From NCBI GenBank assembly GCA_013239625.1, contig MU053881.1:11980879-12044878 (forward strand): a stretch of 64,000 bases of DNA. Direction: 5' to 3'. Source of the stretch: Lama guanicoe (Eukaryota). Below, piece by piece: positions 50,950 to 62,368 of the stretch (positions within the stretch are counted from its first letter, which is position 1; every line of letters starts with the position of its first letter). A program made the translations under genes and the position numbers. Below the pieces are notes generated by a model. That model made no database searches and was not told the DNA's origin. It was given only the letters and a program-made list of their open reading frames with translations.

Positions 50950-53070
50950 ACTGACTGTTTGACATGTGCAGTGCCCTGTGCTAAGCAGTCTTTAACCATC
51001 ATCTCCTTTTCTCCTCAAAACAACCCAGTGAGGGGGAGTGACATTTGCAAGATGGTGGAATAGGAAGCCCTAAGACTTTCCTCTTCTCAGTGAACACACT
51101 GAATGAACAGTTCAATGACAGATTCCATTTTTAAGAAATCCAGAAATGAGTTGAGGCTCCCACACACTGAATGAGCAGGAAACCAGTCACACTGAAGCTG
51201 GTACAGAAATATGATACCTTCTTGCCAAATCCTTTCCTGCAGCATAGCATCGTATGATTGGGACAAAAAATTTCAGGTCTGAGTTTCCCCCAGGGGAGGA
51301 AAAAATAATAGAAAAAAATCAACAAAACTAAGAGTTGGATATTTGAAAAACTAAACTAAATTCATATTCCTTTAGCTGGACTAAGTAAGAAGAAGAGACA
51401 GAAGAGCTAAATAAATAAAATCAGAAACGAAAGAGCAGACAGACATTGCAACTGAAGCCACAGAAATTGGGGGGGGGGTGGTTCATAGGAGATTACTTTA
51501 AAAAATTATACTCCAACAAACTAGATAGCTTAAAAGAAATTAATAAACTCCTAGAAACATACAATCCACCAAGACTCACACATGAAATAAGAGAAAAACT
51601 GAGCAGATGGATTACCAGTAAGGAGATTAAATTAATCATCAAAAACCTCACAACAAAGAAAAGCCCAGTACCAAATGGCTTGCCTGGTGAATTCTACCAA
51701 ATATTTAAAGAATTAACCCTAATCCTTCTCAAATTCTTCCAAAAACTTGAAGAGGAAGGTAACTTCGAAACTCATACTTTGAGGTCAGCATTACCCTGAT
51801 ACCAAAGCAAACAAAGACACCTTCCAAAAGATAACTATAGGCCAGTATCCTTGATGAATATAGAGGCAAAGATCCTCAACAAAATACTAGAAAACTGAAT
51901 TCAATAGCACATTAAAAGAATCACATACCACGATCAAGTGGGATTTATTCCCTGGAATGAAAGATGGTTCAATATTCGCCAACTCATTAATGTGATACAC
52001 CACATTAGCAAAATGGTCGAAAATCACATTTAATTCCAGTAAATGCAGAAAAAGCATTTTACAGATCCAGCATCTTTCCATGATAAAAACTCTATGAAGT
52101 ATAGAATGAATGTGCTTCAACATAATAAAGGTCACGTATGACAAGCCCAAATGTCCAAAGAAGACTTATAAATGGCTACAGGTACATGAAAAGGTGCTCA
52201 ACATCATTAATTAAAAAATGCAAGTCTAAACTACAATGAGATATCATCTCACACCTGTTATAATGACTATCATAAAAAAGACCAGAGATAACAAATTCTG
52301 GTGAGGATGTGGAGAAAAGGGAACCCTTGTGCACCACTGATGGGGATGCAAAATGGTGCAGCCATGATGGAAAACAGTATGGAGGTTCCTCAAAAAATTT
52401 AAGATAGGTTTACTATATGATCCAGCAATTCCACTTCTGGCCATATGTTCAAAATAATTGAAATCAGGATCTTAAAGAGATATTAGCACCCTAATGTTCA
52501 CTGCATTCCTATGCATAATAGCCAAGATGTGGGAACAACCCAAATGTCCACCAAAGGAGGAATGTATAAAGAAAATGTGATTCATACATACAATGGAATA
52601 TTTTTCAACCTTAAAAAAGGAAATCCTGCAAATAAGCAACAATGTAGATGAACTCTGAATACATTAAGCTAAATGAAACAGCCAATCACAGCAGGACAAA
52701 TACTGAGTGATTCCACTTATATAAAAGTATCTAAAATAGTCAGACTCATAGAATCAGCGTAGAAGGTAGATGCTGAGATGGGACAGGGAAAATGGGGCGT
52801 TACTTAATAAATGGGCATAAAGTTTCAATCAGGCAGGATGAATAAGTTCTGGAGATTTGCTGCACAATATGGTGGCTAGAATTAAACATACTGTATTGTG
52901 CACTTAAAATTTTGTTAAGAGGGTAGATCTCATATTAAGTTTTCTTATCACCATTAAAAAAAAACAAACCACATGAGGTAGGCATTCGTATCGTCATTTT
53001 CTTATCAGAAACCCAAGGCCTAGAGAGATTAAATACTTTGCCTAAGATTCCATAGCCATGAAGTGAAAGT
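50950..53070 (-). mobile_element. MIR split by an L1 insertion (halves ~50950-51033 and ~52961-53070)
   Basis: CTGTGCTAAGC...CCTCAAAACAACCCAGTGAGG continues as TAGGCATT...AGAGAGATTAAATACTTTGCCTAAG. Confidence 0.65.
51034..52960 (+). mobile_element. Internally deleted old L1: 5' UTR + ORF2 segment + 3' end
   Basis: L1 start GGGAGTGACATTTGCAAGATGG; ORF2 remnant KKLYSNKLDSLKEINKLLETYNPPRL; L1MA-like 3' end; imperfect TSD AAAACAACCCAGTGAGG (51017-51033) / AAAACAAACCACATGAGG (52961-52978). Confidence 0.85.
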
Positions 53071-54535
53071 GTCCATTAAGTGGCATCATGAATTGTGTGC
53101 ATTTACCTACTTGGCTGAAAAGGAAATGGTAATATCAGAAGACTGGCTTTTTTTTTCCCCCCTACTGTTGTCTGTCTATTAATTTTTTTGTTTTGTTTTT
53201 AACATGAGCAAGGTCAAGGTGTTTGGGGAAGACAATGCCTACTTCTATTCCCTGACATAAAGGTGTGAACTTCCACTCACACTAAGAAAGGGAAGAAAGT
53301 AGTGCCTACGGAGAGGAAGAAATCTGAAAGCATCTCCAATCTCTATACAAACTAAGTCAAGTTTCTCCAACTCAGCTTATAAATCAAAGCCCTGAGACTA
53401 GATTTCATTTTTAAGTTTGTCTCTTTCTGACTCTGCTAATAAGTTTAGTCTGTATCTTTTGTACAGTACCTAGTCTGGTGTCATGCTTCATTAATGTTTT
53501 GTTCTAATTAATAATAAAGTAGATAAATCAGAACCCTGAGATGTAAGCTCTCTATCCCATTGTCTCTCCCCCTCAGCCTGATTGAAACCATGCTCATTAT
53601 CTTTCTGCAATTAGTTCCTTATTCCTCAGGCTTATTTCCGTTATCCCAAGAGATGAACCTCCTAGGAGGAGGGCTTTATCGAGATGATTAGGTCACCCTG
53701 CATTCACCAATTGAACAATAGTTAGCTATTGATTTCTACTGAGAAATGTAAATGACTAGCAGATCCTTTACAGAGAGAGCTGTTGTTCTAACAGGTTACC
53801 ATTTTATAGTTCTATTTCCAGAGAACTACTTGGCATTTTCTTAAGGTCAGATGGGATGCCATAGTGCTAACTATTTAAAGAGGATAAATCTGTACCTTAT
53901 CACCATTAAAGAGCACTTTCAGGACCATTGCTAAAGCTCTTCATATAGATTCAAATATTAAATTTGTTCGTATATGAATAATGCAGTTACAAAGAAAAAT
54001 ACACCATAATGTCCTCACTGTTTGCATTTCTTTGAAGCATCACTAGAGCTTCCTCTCTCTTTGTTTCTCTCTCTCACTCTTTGTATCTCTCTCTCTTTAT
54101 ATGTAGATAGAGACAACCTGTAACTCTTGGGATAACATATATACATATGCATATGTGTATATGAACTGTCTTTCAAGATGGACAAACATTCTAGAATCTC
54201 AGGACCAAAAGTGTCTAATCAATCTCTAGTGAAAACTACTTCTGAATAAATCATATCAACATAGGTTGACTTCAATAATAAATGGCTATAATTAGCATGG
54301 CTTTATATATTGCCACTCCCCCTCCATAGATATTCCTAGTTTTGATAACACTGAAAATAGTTTTGGGTGAATGTGAAGATCAAAGCAGACGGCACAAAAC
54401 AGAAAATAAATGTGGTATACATAATACTGGCAGGAGGGGAGGCATTTAGCGTGATAACATGGACAGTTGTTTTCATCAGGTTATATATTTATTTCATGTA
54501 TTATAAAATACACAAGGCACATACAATTCATGATG

Positions 54536-54601
<66 letters not shown>
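54536..54601. repeat. (TA)~33 microsatellite with one interruption
   Basis: Direct reading. Confidence 0.97.
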
Positions 54602-54603
<2 letters not shown>

Positions 54604-54744
54604 TCAATATAAACCTAAATAAAAATCGAATTGAACTTAAGGAAATATTGTAGGTATAGAACAAATTGTGAAGGCTGCACAAAAATATTAGGGGTGGACA
54701 CAGGGGCAGAAAATGTTACCTCCAAGAAGAGAAAGCACCACTAA

Positions 54745-54960
54745 CAGTTAAAATGTATACGACACTTCCTGTGTGCTAAGTGCTATTTTGAGGGCTTTAT
54801 GTTCATTGATGTATTTAGTGCCTACAACAACTCTAAAAATAGAACAGTTATTGTCTTCATTTTCTAGATGAGGAAACAGAGGCACACTGAATTTAAATCA
54901 CTGGCCCAAGGTCATAACTGAAATACGTTCCAGATTCTTTATTCTTAACTTTTGATTATA
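54745..54960 (-). mobile_element. MIR SINE
   Basis: CATTTTCTAGATGAGGAAACAGAGGCAC...CACTGGCCCAAGGTCA. Confidence 0.7.
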
Positions 54961-55188
54961 CTCTTTTCAGTTTTTTGTAATAGTCAAAGCACTGGGGAAG
55001 GACAGTTTTTAAAAATGCAACATTTAATGCCTAATCATAAAAACAGAAGACAGGCAGTAAGACATCGGAGGAGACACTGCTGGGTCGCCATGCTCTATCG
55101 ATTCTTCTCCTAAGCTGGGCTCATTCCTTATTTGATCAAAAAACTGAACAGGCAGAACTATCCCCTAAGAGTCTTTCAGTTATTTTGT

Positions 55189-56160
55189 AATTTTCAGAGT
55201 CATACAGAAATACATTAGGGAAAACTGCCTGTTGTGGACAAATATCTTTTGTTCTCAGAACCAAAAGGTGTCCTATCAACCTATAGAGAAAGTTATTTCT
55301 AAAATGACAGACAATATATGAACATCACTGTCCCAAATAAATAAATGACTATCATTATTATCACTTCCGTTTACTGTGCACTTGCCACAGGCTAGACACT
55401 GGCTAAATCCTCTATGCACATTGTCATATTTACTTCTCAGAATAAGCAAAGTGGTTATAACATCTCCATTCTAAAGAGGGTCTGGAAGATGAAGGGAAGA
55501 TAAGTACCTTATCGAAGTTTCCTTGAATGAGAAGTAGGTGGACTCAGAATGTGAATTTGAGGCTACCCAACTCAAGCATATGCTGTTTTGCCTACCTGTA
55601 AATGATGTCAGAGCATTTTCTTAGCAATGTCCTAAAAATTAATTCTATCTGCAAATTCAACAATAACTTTGCTGTTGTTCCTTCAGAAACAACTGCTGCT
55701 TACAATAGTTCAACTAGGAAAAAAGAAAAATGTGTAGCCATGCAGATGCATAAGTATTTCCTTGCAAAGAATGTGGTTTTTTAGATCTCATAAATTAATT
55801 CTAGCTCCCTAGCTTACTGAACTCAAAATTTTGTTTATGCTTTTTGAAATATGACTTTTATTAACTCGATCCAGCAAGCACCAAAGTTATCTAATAGTTC
55901 CTGATAGCAAGGAACCAACCATCTTGTTGGTTGTAAGTAACAAGTACATGGAACAAGTAACATAATTCAAGACTACAGACTACAGCATAAACTGTGTGGA
56001 ATAGGTAGATAAAAAAGTCACTTTCTATATATCCTTCAATTTTCAGAGTCCATTAAAAATACATTAGGGAAAACTGCCCTTTGTGGACAAATATTCTTCG
56101 TTCTCAGGACCAAAGATGTCTATATCAACTTGTAGAGAAAATTATTTCCAAATTGACAGA
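55189..56160. repeat. Dispersed 123-bp direct repeat pair (55189-55311 and 56038-56160)
   Basis: Shared AATTTTCAGAGTC, AAATACATTAGGGAAAACTGCC, TTGTGGACAAATAT, TGACAGA; about 80-85% identity by eye. Confidence 0.9.
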
Positions 56161-57728
56161 TGAGAACACTTAAAGGGTAAAGATAAATTCTTACTCATCT
56201 TCATATTGTGTATGACAATGGTGGCTAAATGTTAACTTTCACTGAGTACATCTCATAGCACTTTACATGGCTAATTCTTTAAATCTGCACAGCCACCCAT
56301 TGGGTACACACTGTGATCACTGCATTTTTCAGATGAAAAAAAAAAGTACATCACTTGCTCAAGATACAGACTTAGTTAGGGGCAGAGCTGTGATGTGAGC
56401 TTAGGCAGACTGACTTTGAAAAAAAGCAGGTGCTCAGTAAATGTTCATCAAAGTGATCTGAGCAAAATCTGTTTCAAGATGGCATTTACAGAGAAGGTCA
56501 GTATCTCACATTGAAAAACAATTACCAGGGACATTAACCAAGGTTAGGTAGCCCTCTCCTTCATCCCCAGCTAAGCAAGGTCACAGGGTGTTGACACAAA
56601 TACGGCAACAGGTGGGTACTAGGTTGGTCTACAAGTGGGCAGTCTTCACATCACAAGTCATCCTTTGCAGTCACTCACAATGCCTTGAAGGTAAGAACAA
56701 GTACACCAAAGTATGGATCTTGCCTTACTTGACCATAACAACACATGGGAGAGGAAGGGGAGAAAAAGGAAAGTGCCATTTATTATTGAGCAACTATGTG
56801 CATTGTGTTCTGAGCAAGGAACCTCAGATGCCTTACTTCACCAGTCCTGCACAACCCTTCAAATTTTCAAAACTAAGATTCAGTGATGTTGAGATTATCC
56901 AAGTCCACATAAGTATCAAGATTGGAATCTAAGCCTATCTGAATCCAAACCTTTATTATTCCCACTACAAAGAGAGAAAACATGCTTATTCAATTTCTCA
57001 AGATACTTCATGCAATTCTGTGTTTAAAACAGCCACAAATACTAAGTAACAAGTATGAACGAGATATGAGACTTGCTCGCAAACATCAAAAACCACCTCA
57101 ATTTTAATTTTCCTGAGAATAGCACCTAAATTCTGAGAACATCTGTCTGTGATATTAAGCATCGGAGCAGTTTTTCAGTGTGGTATCCTATCAAGTGTAA
57201 GGATGGCTGCTTGTTGATTTATTTAAAAAAGAAACCATTCTCATTCTTTTGAAGTCCAGATATGCTTGCCAAATTCAGGGGCACAATATAGACCATAGTG
57301 TACATGAAAGCTCTTTGTGTTACGATTCACATTAGTCAAAACATGCACTGTGGACTATACCAAAGAGGAAGAAAGGATGGTCCTTGCTCCAGAGATGCTG
57401 GTTTCTTGTTGTGAAATTAAGAACTACAGACCAACTACAAAAATGCATACTGATTTGCAAAAAGAATGATTCAGACAATGTACATGCTATTTTTTTAATG
57501 AGGAGAGACCAATGTTAGCCAGTGGGCAAAAATTTTCAGAGAAGGGAGCATTTCAGTTTGGAAGAAAAATAGTACAGTGTTGCCACCATGAGCTTGGATA
57601 TAATAATAATAGTCATAGCAGCAACAACAATAATAATGACAAATAAACAACCTGGGTTCAGATCCTGGTTGGCCTCCATAGCATACATCTGTGATTATTG
57701 GCCCCCTTGGGTCAACTCTCCATTTATC

Positions 57729-58233
57729 TGATAACAGCTTCTGCATTTGCTTAGGAAATCAGCCCATCATTTCTCTAAGTCCTGTGTTTAGAGGGAGGGA
57801 CTTACCTGAACCCAGATCCAGTGATCCTAGCCTAACCCTCTCAGCATCCTGTGAACATCAAAGATGGCTATGTGACTATAATTGGCCCCATCAGAACCAG
57901 CCCCAGGATTTTGTGGAAACTGCTAGAAATGGAGGATTTCACTTTCAAGAAATAGATGCTGTCCTCGTCTGTCTGTGGCCACCATCATTCTACCACAGGT
58001 GGGAAAGTCTGCCTGAAAATGGAGCCAACAAACATGGAAGCAGTGCCAGGCAACAGAGAGACACGAAGTCCTAATGGAACATCATTTGGGTTCCTTGAAT
58101 CAAGCCATGTCTAAATCCAGTGGTGACTCCTGAGTTTTTGATTATATAAGTCAATAAATCACCTCCATATTTTTTCTCACTTAAGTTTAAGATTGGTTTC
58201 TATCCCTTGCAACTAAAAAAGCTGTCTAATACA
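57729..58233 (+). mobile_element. MLT1J/K-type MaLR solo LTR
   Basis: CTGCCTGAAAATGGAGCCAACA...ATCAAGCCATGTCTAAA...AATAAA...TTGCAACTAAAA...CTAATACA. Confidence 0.75.
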
Positions 58234-58628
58234 GCTAATTACCACTGGCATGTCCTTAGACAAGGCACCCACCTTCTAAGATTTTTGTGAAGGATTTTTT
58301 AATAAAATAATACATGTAAAATATCCAGCATGTAAAATATTGAGCACAATATATTACTTGCTGACGGGGTAAGTATTTGCTGAAGAATAGTAAGCTGCAT
58401 TGATTGTTCAGAAACCCTTACATGGATTTCAGACAGAAGCGCAACAGAGGAGGGGCCGGTGAGTGTGATAACCTTGCTCTCCAGCAGCTCTCTTTGCAGG
58501 CCTGGAGAAACGAGCTTGAGTCTGGAGTGACAAGGCCAAGAACAGGGAGGAGAAACAGGTTAGGTCATGTCTATTCATGTCAATCACCTTCACATCTCAA
58601 GGTGTAGTTTTCAAACAAAAAGCCTTAC

Positions 58629-58811
58629 ACATACAAAGGAAAACAAAATAGGCTGCTTGGGCCACAGCGAGTCTTTCGGGAAAACCTGCTCCGGCACAAT
58701 CAGGCTAAACACAACGGCATCGTACAAAACTATTGTAGGACATGCCAATAACACCAATGGAAGTAACTTGGGGCTTTCTGTTGTGGGCTGTTCCCTTTTT
58801 TTCACACCTCT
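58629..58811 (-). other. Candidate 183-nt phase-0 exon or conserved element of an unidentified gene
   Basis: Acceptor TTTCTCTCTACAACAG, donor TGT|GTAAGG, open 61-codon frame, 5 CpGs; no homology recognised. Confidence 0.2.
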
Positions 58812-59959
58812 CTGTTGTAGAGAGAAATTAATAATGACACAGTTGATTCTAATTATTTCCTTCTGGTGCATAATTTGATAACCAGAAATTTAAATAATGT
58901 GCCTATATTAAAATATTATATTTAAAGGTATTTTTGAAGTTCTCCAGAATTTAAGTCACATTCTTAAGGGTTTATTTTTAGTAAGTAAGGTCAATTCTGT
59001 CACAGAATCAGTATAGGGGGACTAGAATAAAAGAAAGAAAATTTGCATACATGGTTTGGAACTAAGGTATGTATCTGAAGGCTGTGCATTTGAAGCATGT
59101 GTATTTGAAGGAAAATTCAAAATTATTATAATCTGGCTCTGAATAGTACTTTGTTTTGTGATTTCTTGAATAAAAGTAGATATGGTTTCCCTTTTTATAC
59201 GTATATAATTCAACTAGGAAAATTTAAATTTAAAATTTGTATTTGTAATGCCAACAAAAATGTTTCAGGGATTTCAAACTCCAGACATTAGTTAAATCCC
59301 ATATAAAAATTCTTGTCACTTATATATATACTTCTGTAAACTCAATTTCAGAAGCATAGCAAGACATTCAAGTGGAAACATCACAAGGTACATTTTTAGG
59401 TTTAGCCGTAATACTTTAAAAAAGAAATACGAGTGCAAGCAAAATGATACAGAGACAGCAGGGATATAGTTACCCCTGCTAAATTAACTCGACATCTTGT
59501 GAGAATGAGACTCAAACTGATTATGTTTTAGTTAACTTTAGTTCAAGTGTTTTATAAAAATGATTCTATTAAAGAACTAGGTTGTTTTAAAGGACGGTCT
59601 TGAATTAAGCAAACTAGAATGTCAAATATTCAGACCTTTAAAATACACACACAGAGAGATATGCATTATTTCCTGAGTAGCCATCTACAGAGAAAACAGA
59701 GTCTTTCCATTTTTAAAACCACTTAATAGAGATATGACTGACATACAAAAAGCAGTATGTATTTAATGTACACAATTTGATGACTTTGGAGATAAGTGTA
59801 TAAGCAACTCGGATTCTTTTTAATCATACTTTGAACTTCCTCTTTAATCATACATTAGATTTATTTAGTCTAACTCCCAAATGAGGTTCAAGCTTCAATA
59901 TTAACTCCAAGTATGACTTTTTTTTTTAACTCACTGAGTAAAGGTAATCATTTCTAAGT

Positions 59960-60251
59960 GGCACTCTCCAGTAGGAATTTAATACAAGCCACACATGCCA
60001 TGTAAAAATTTTTACAAACTAGATATTTTTAACGTCAAAAGAAACAGCTGAAATTAATTTAAATACTATATTTTGCATAGCTCAAATATTCAACATTTAA
60101 TAGTTTCAACATATAATCAATATCAAAATTTACTAATAAGATATTTTACTTTTTGGGGTACTGTCTGAAATCCAGCATGTATTGTACCCTGAAAGTACGT
60201 CTCAATTCAAGCCAGCCACACTGCTCTAGTGGCTTCTTACTCAACACAGCA
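59960..60251. mobile_element. MER33-like fossil, opposite orientation to 46362-46690
   Basis: CACTCTCCAGTAG...GAAATTAATTTAAATA...GAAATCCAGCATGTATT...GCCAGCCACA. Confidence 0.65.
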
Positions 60252-60737
60252 ATTCTAAAGTCACCAGTGGCTCTTTGTCTGACAATCTCCTTCTTTGACA
60301 ATTAACACGCCGTAGCAAATGTAACATATCCAGTCTTCCCGCCCAAACCCTTTTCACCTATGTCATCATAAGACATTCAGAGAAATCAAAACCTCCAAAT
60401 TCCAGAATATAATTTGAGAACTATTTGGAGAAATGAAAAGGTCTAAAAACTATGGATAATGGAGAGAAAATGAAACCAGGGACTGAATGCGTATCGAATC
60501 GTCTACCCAGTCCAGTGGCTTGACACGTCAGAAAATTAAATGCCTTTGCATTACCACTAAGACACTAGACATACAAAATTATTGAAAGGAAGTACACTCA
60601 TTGAATGCTACCAGGCCAAGAAATACAGGCTATAACTAACTTTGGTAATATAACATTTGAGTTTAAATTATAAGAGCAGTCATTTTAGGTAACACTTGAT
60701 ATGAAATAGTTCTAAAGTTTTCTAACACATCAGTCAA

Positions 60738-61153
60738 ACATGAACCTGGAGAACGTCATTCTAAGTGAAGTAAGTCAGAAAAAGACAGAAAAATAGCATA
60801 TGGTATCACTTATAAGTGGCATCTTAAAAAAAAAAAACTAACAAATGAACTTATTTACAAAACAGAAGCAAACTCACAGACATAGAAAACAAACCTATGG
60901 TTACCGGAGGGAAAGAGGGTGGAAAGGGGTAACTTGGAAGTTCAAGATTTGCAGATACTAATAGATGCAAAATAGATAAACAACAATTTATACTGTACAG
61001 CACAGGAAACTGTATTCAGTATCTTGTAATAACTTACGGTAAAAAAAAAAGAACATGAAAAACAAATATATATATGTTCCTATGTGACGGAAGCATTGTG
61101 CTGTGCATCAGAAATTGACACATTGTAAACTGACTATATTTAAAAAAAAAAAA
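60738..61153 (+). mobile_element. 5'-truncated L1 (ORF2 end + long 3' UTR), intermediate age
   Basis: GAGAACGTCATTCTAAGTGAAGTAAGTCAGA homologous to 4149-4179; 3' UTR and A-tail. Confidence 0.9.
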
Positions 61154-61609
61154 CCTCATCATAACCCTCCCCCCGAATATACATTTGGACTACAAACAAA
61201 GGTAAGAAAATGCTGACATACACAGACATCCCCCCATCTTCAAGCTGGAGAAGGTGGCCAAGGAGTTTTCACAAGTGCTTTCCTATCTTGGGTTGGCAAT
61301 AACGACACTGTGTGCTGTGTCAGATTGCCACAAAAATGACCCCATAGTGCTCTGTCAAACTGCTTGTAGTCCCATGGGGAAAATCACACAACCTGTTACT
61401 TGACATCATACTGACCCCTCCAATAAACTTAAATTATTCTTTCTCTAAAATATTTCTTTGTAGATAGTCCTAGATAATATAATCTTTATCTATTTAAATT
61501 TCCATTTTTTCCTCAGTGCTCTTTGACCATACTTTATTCCAGTTGTACATATAATCTCTTGTACCCCTCAGTCTACCTGAGATGCACCAAAGCTCACTAG
61601 GTGCAGGCA

Positions 61610-61760
61610 CTATGGTGTAATGAAAGCCCACAGGCTGTGGACTAAAGCCCGTTCTAACTCAGATTAATAGCTCACTATTAATGCCCCTGCCATTAACAGT
61701 GAGTGCTTTGAGCAAGGCACTTAATCTCTCTAACTTGCTTCTTACCTTAAAATGGAGATG
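61610..61760 (+). mobile_element. MIR SINE
   Basis: TATGGTGTAATGAAAG...TTTGAGCAAGGCACTTAATCTCTCT...TAAAATGGAGAT. Confidence 0.65.
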
Positions 61761-61978
61761 AGATCTAATGACTTCTGAATATCGAACAACAAAAGACACA
61801 AATGCTAATGCTGTTTTTAGTATTGTTGTTATCAATATTAACCTAATAATCTCACTCCTAAAAGACCTCAAAGTCCTTTCAAAAAATTACCAAGTTTAAA
61901 GTATCTCAGTATTATATCTTTGTCTCATGGATATATAGGTATCAATATACCTGTATTTCTAATGAGATGGATAGAGAG

Positions 61979-61980
<2 letters not shown>

Positions 61981-62020
<40 letters not shown>
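61981..62020. repeat. (TG)20 microsatellite
   Basis: Direct reading. Confidence 0.97.
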
Positions 62021-62022
<2 letters not shown>

Positions 62023-62264
62023 ACTCTGTCTCTGGGTAACATCAGTTGGTCAATAATTTATATATAGAACTCTGACGCTAACCCCTCCTACTGTATTCTA
62101 GGACAGTGATTCTTACGAATTATTCTCTCAGAAGTTAATAGTGTTTTAAAGTTCTATTTCAAAAGACTTAGGAAATAAGTTTTACATGGATTTTTAAAAT
62201 TTTTTGTGAGTTTTTTAGAATATTTAATATGATTAAGAATTTATCAATCTGCAAAAAAAGGGAT

Positions 62265-62368
62265 ATATTATCAGCATTTCCTAAATTTACGTGATCACAG
62301 AATTTTTTTTTCTCAGAGTGTTTTGCAAGACTGGTGTTCCACAGATCCTACTTTGAGAAATGGTACTA
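62265..62368 (-). mobile_element. MER103-like (hAT-Charlie) fragment
   Basis: Reverse strand TTTCTCAAAGTAGGATCTGTGGAACACCAGT...AAATTTAGGAAATGCTG. Confidence 0.5.

Noticed and set aside
55023..55045. Partial resemblance to miR-214 (AGACAGGCAGT)
   Set aside because: Only ~11 nt match and no precursor hairpin
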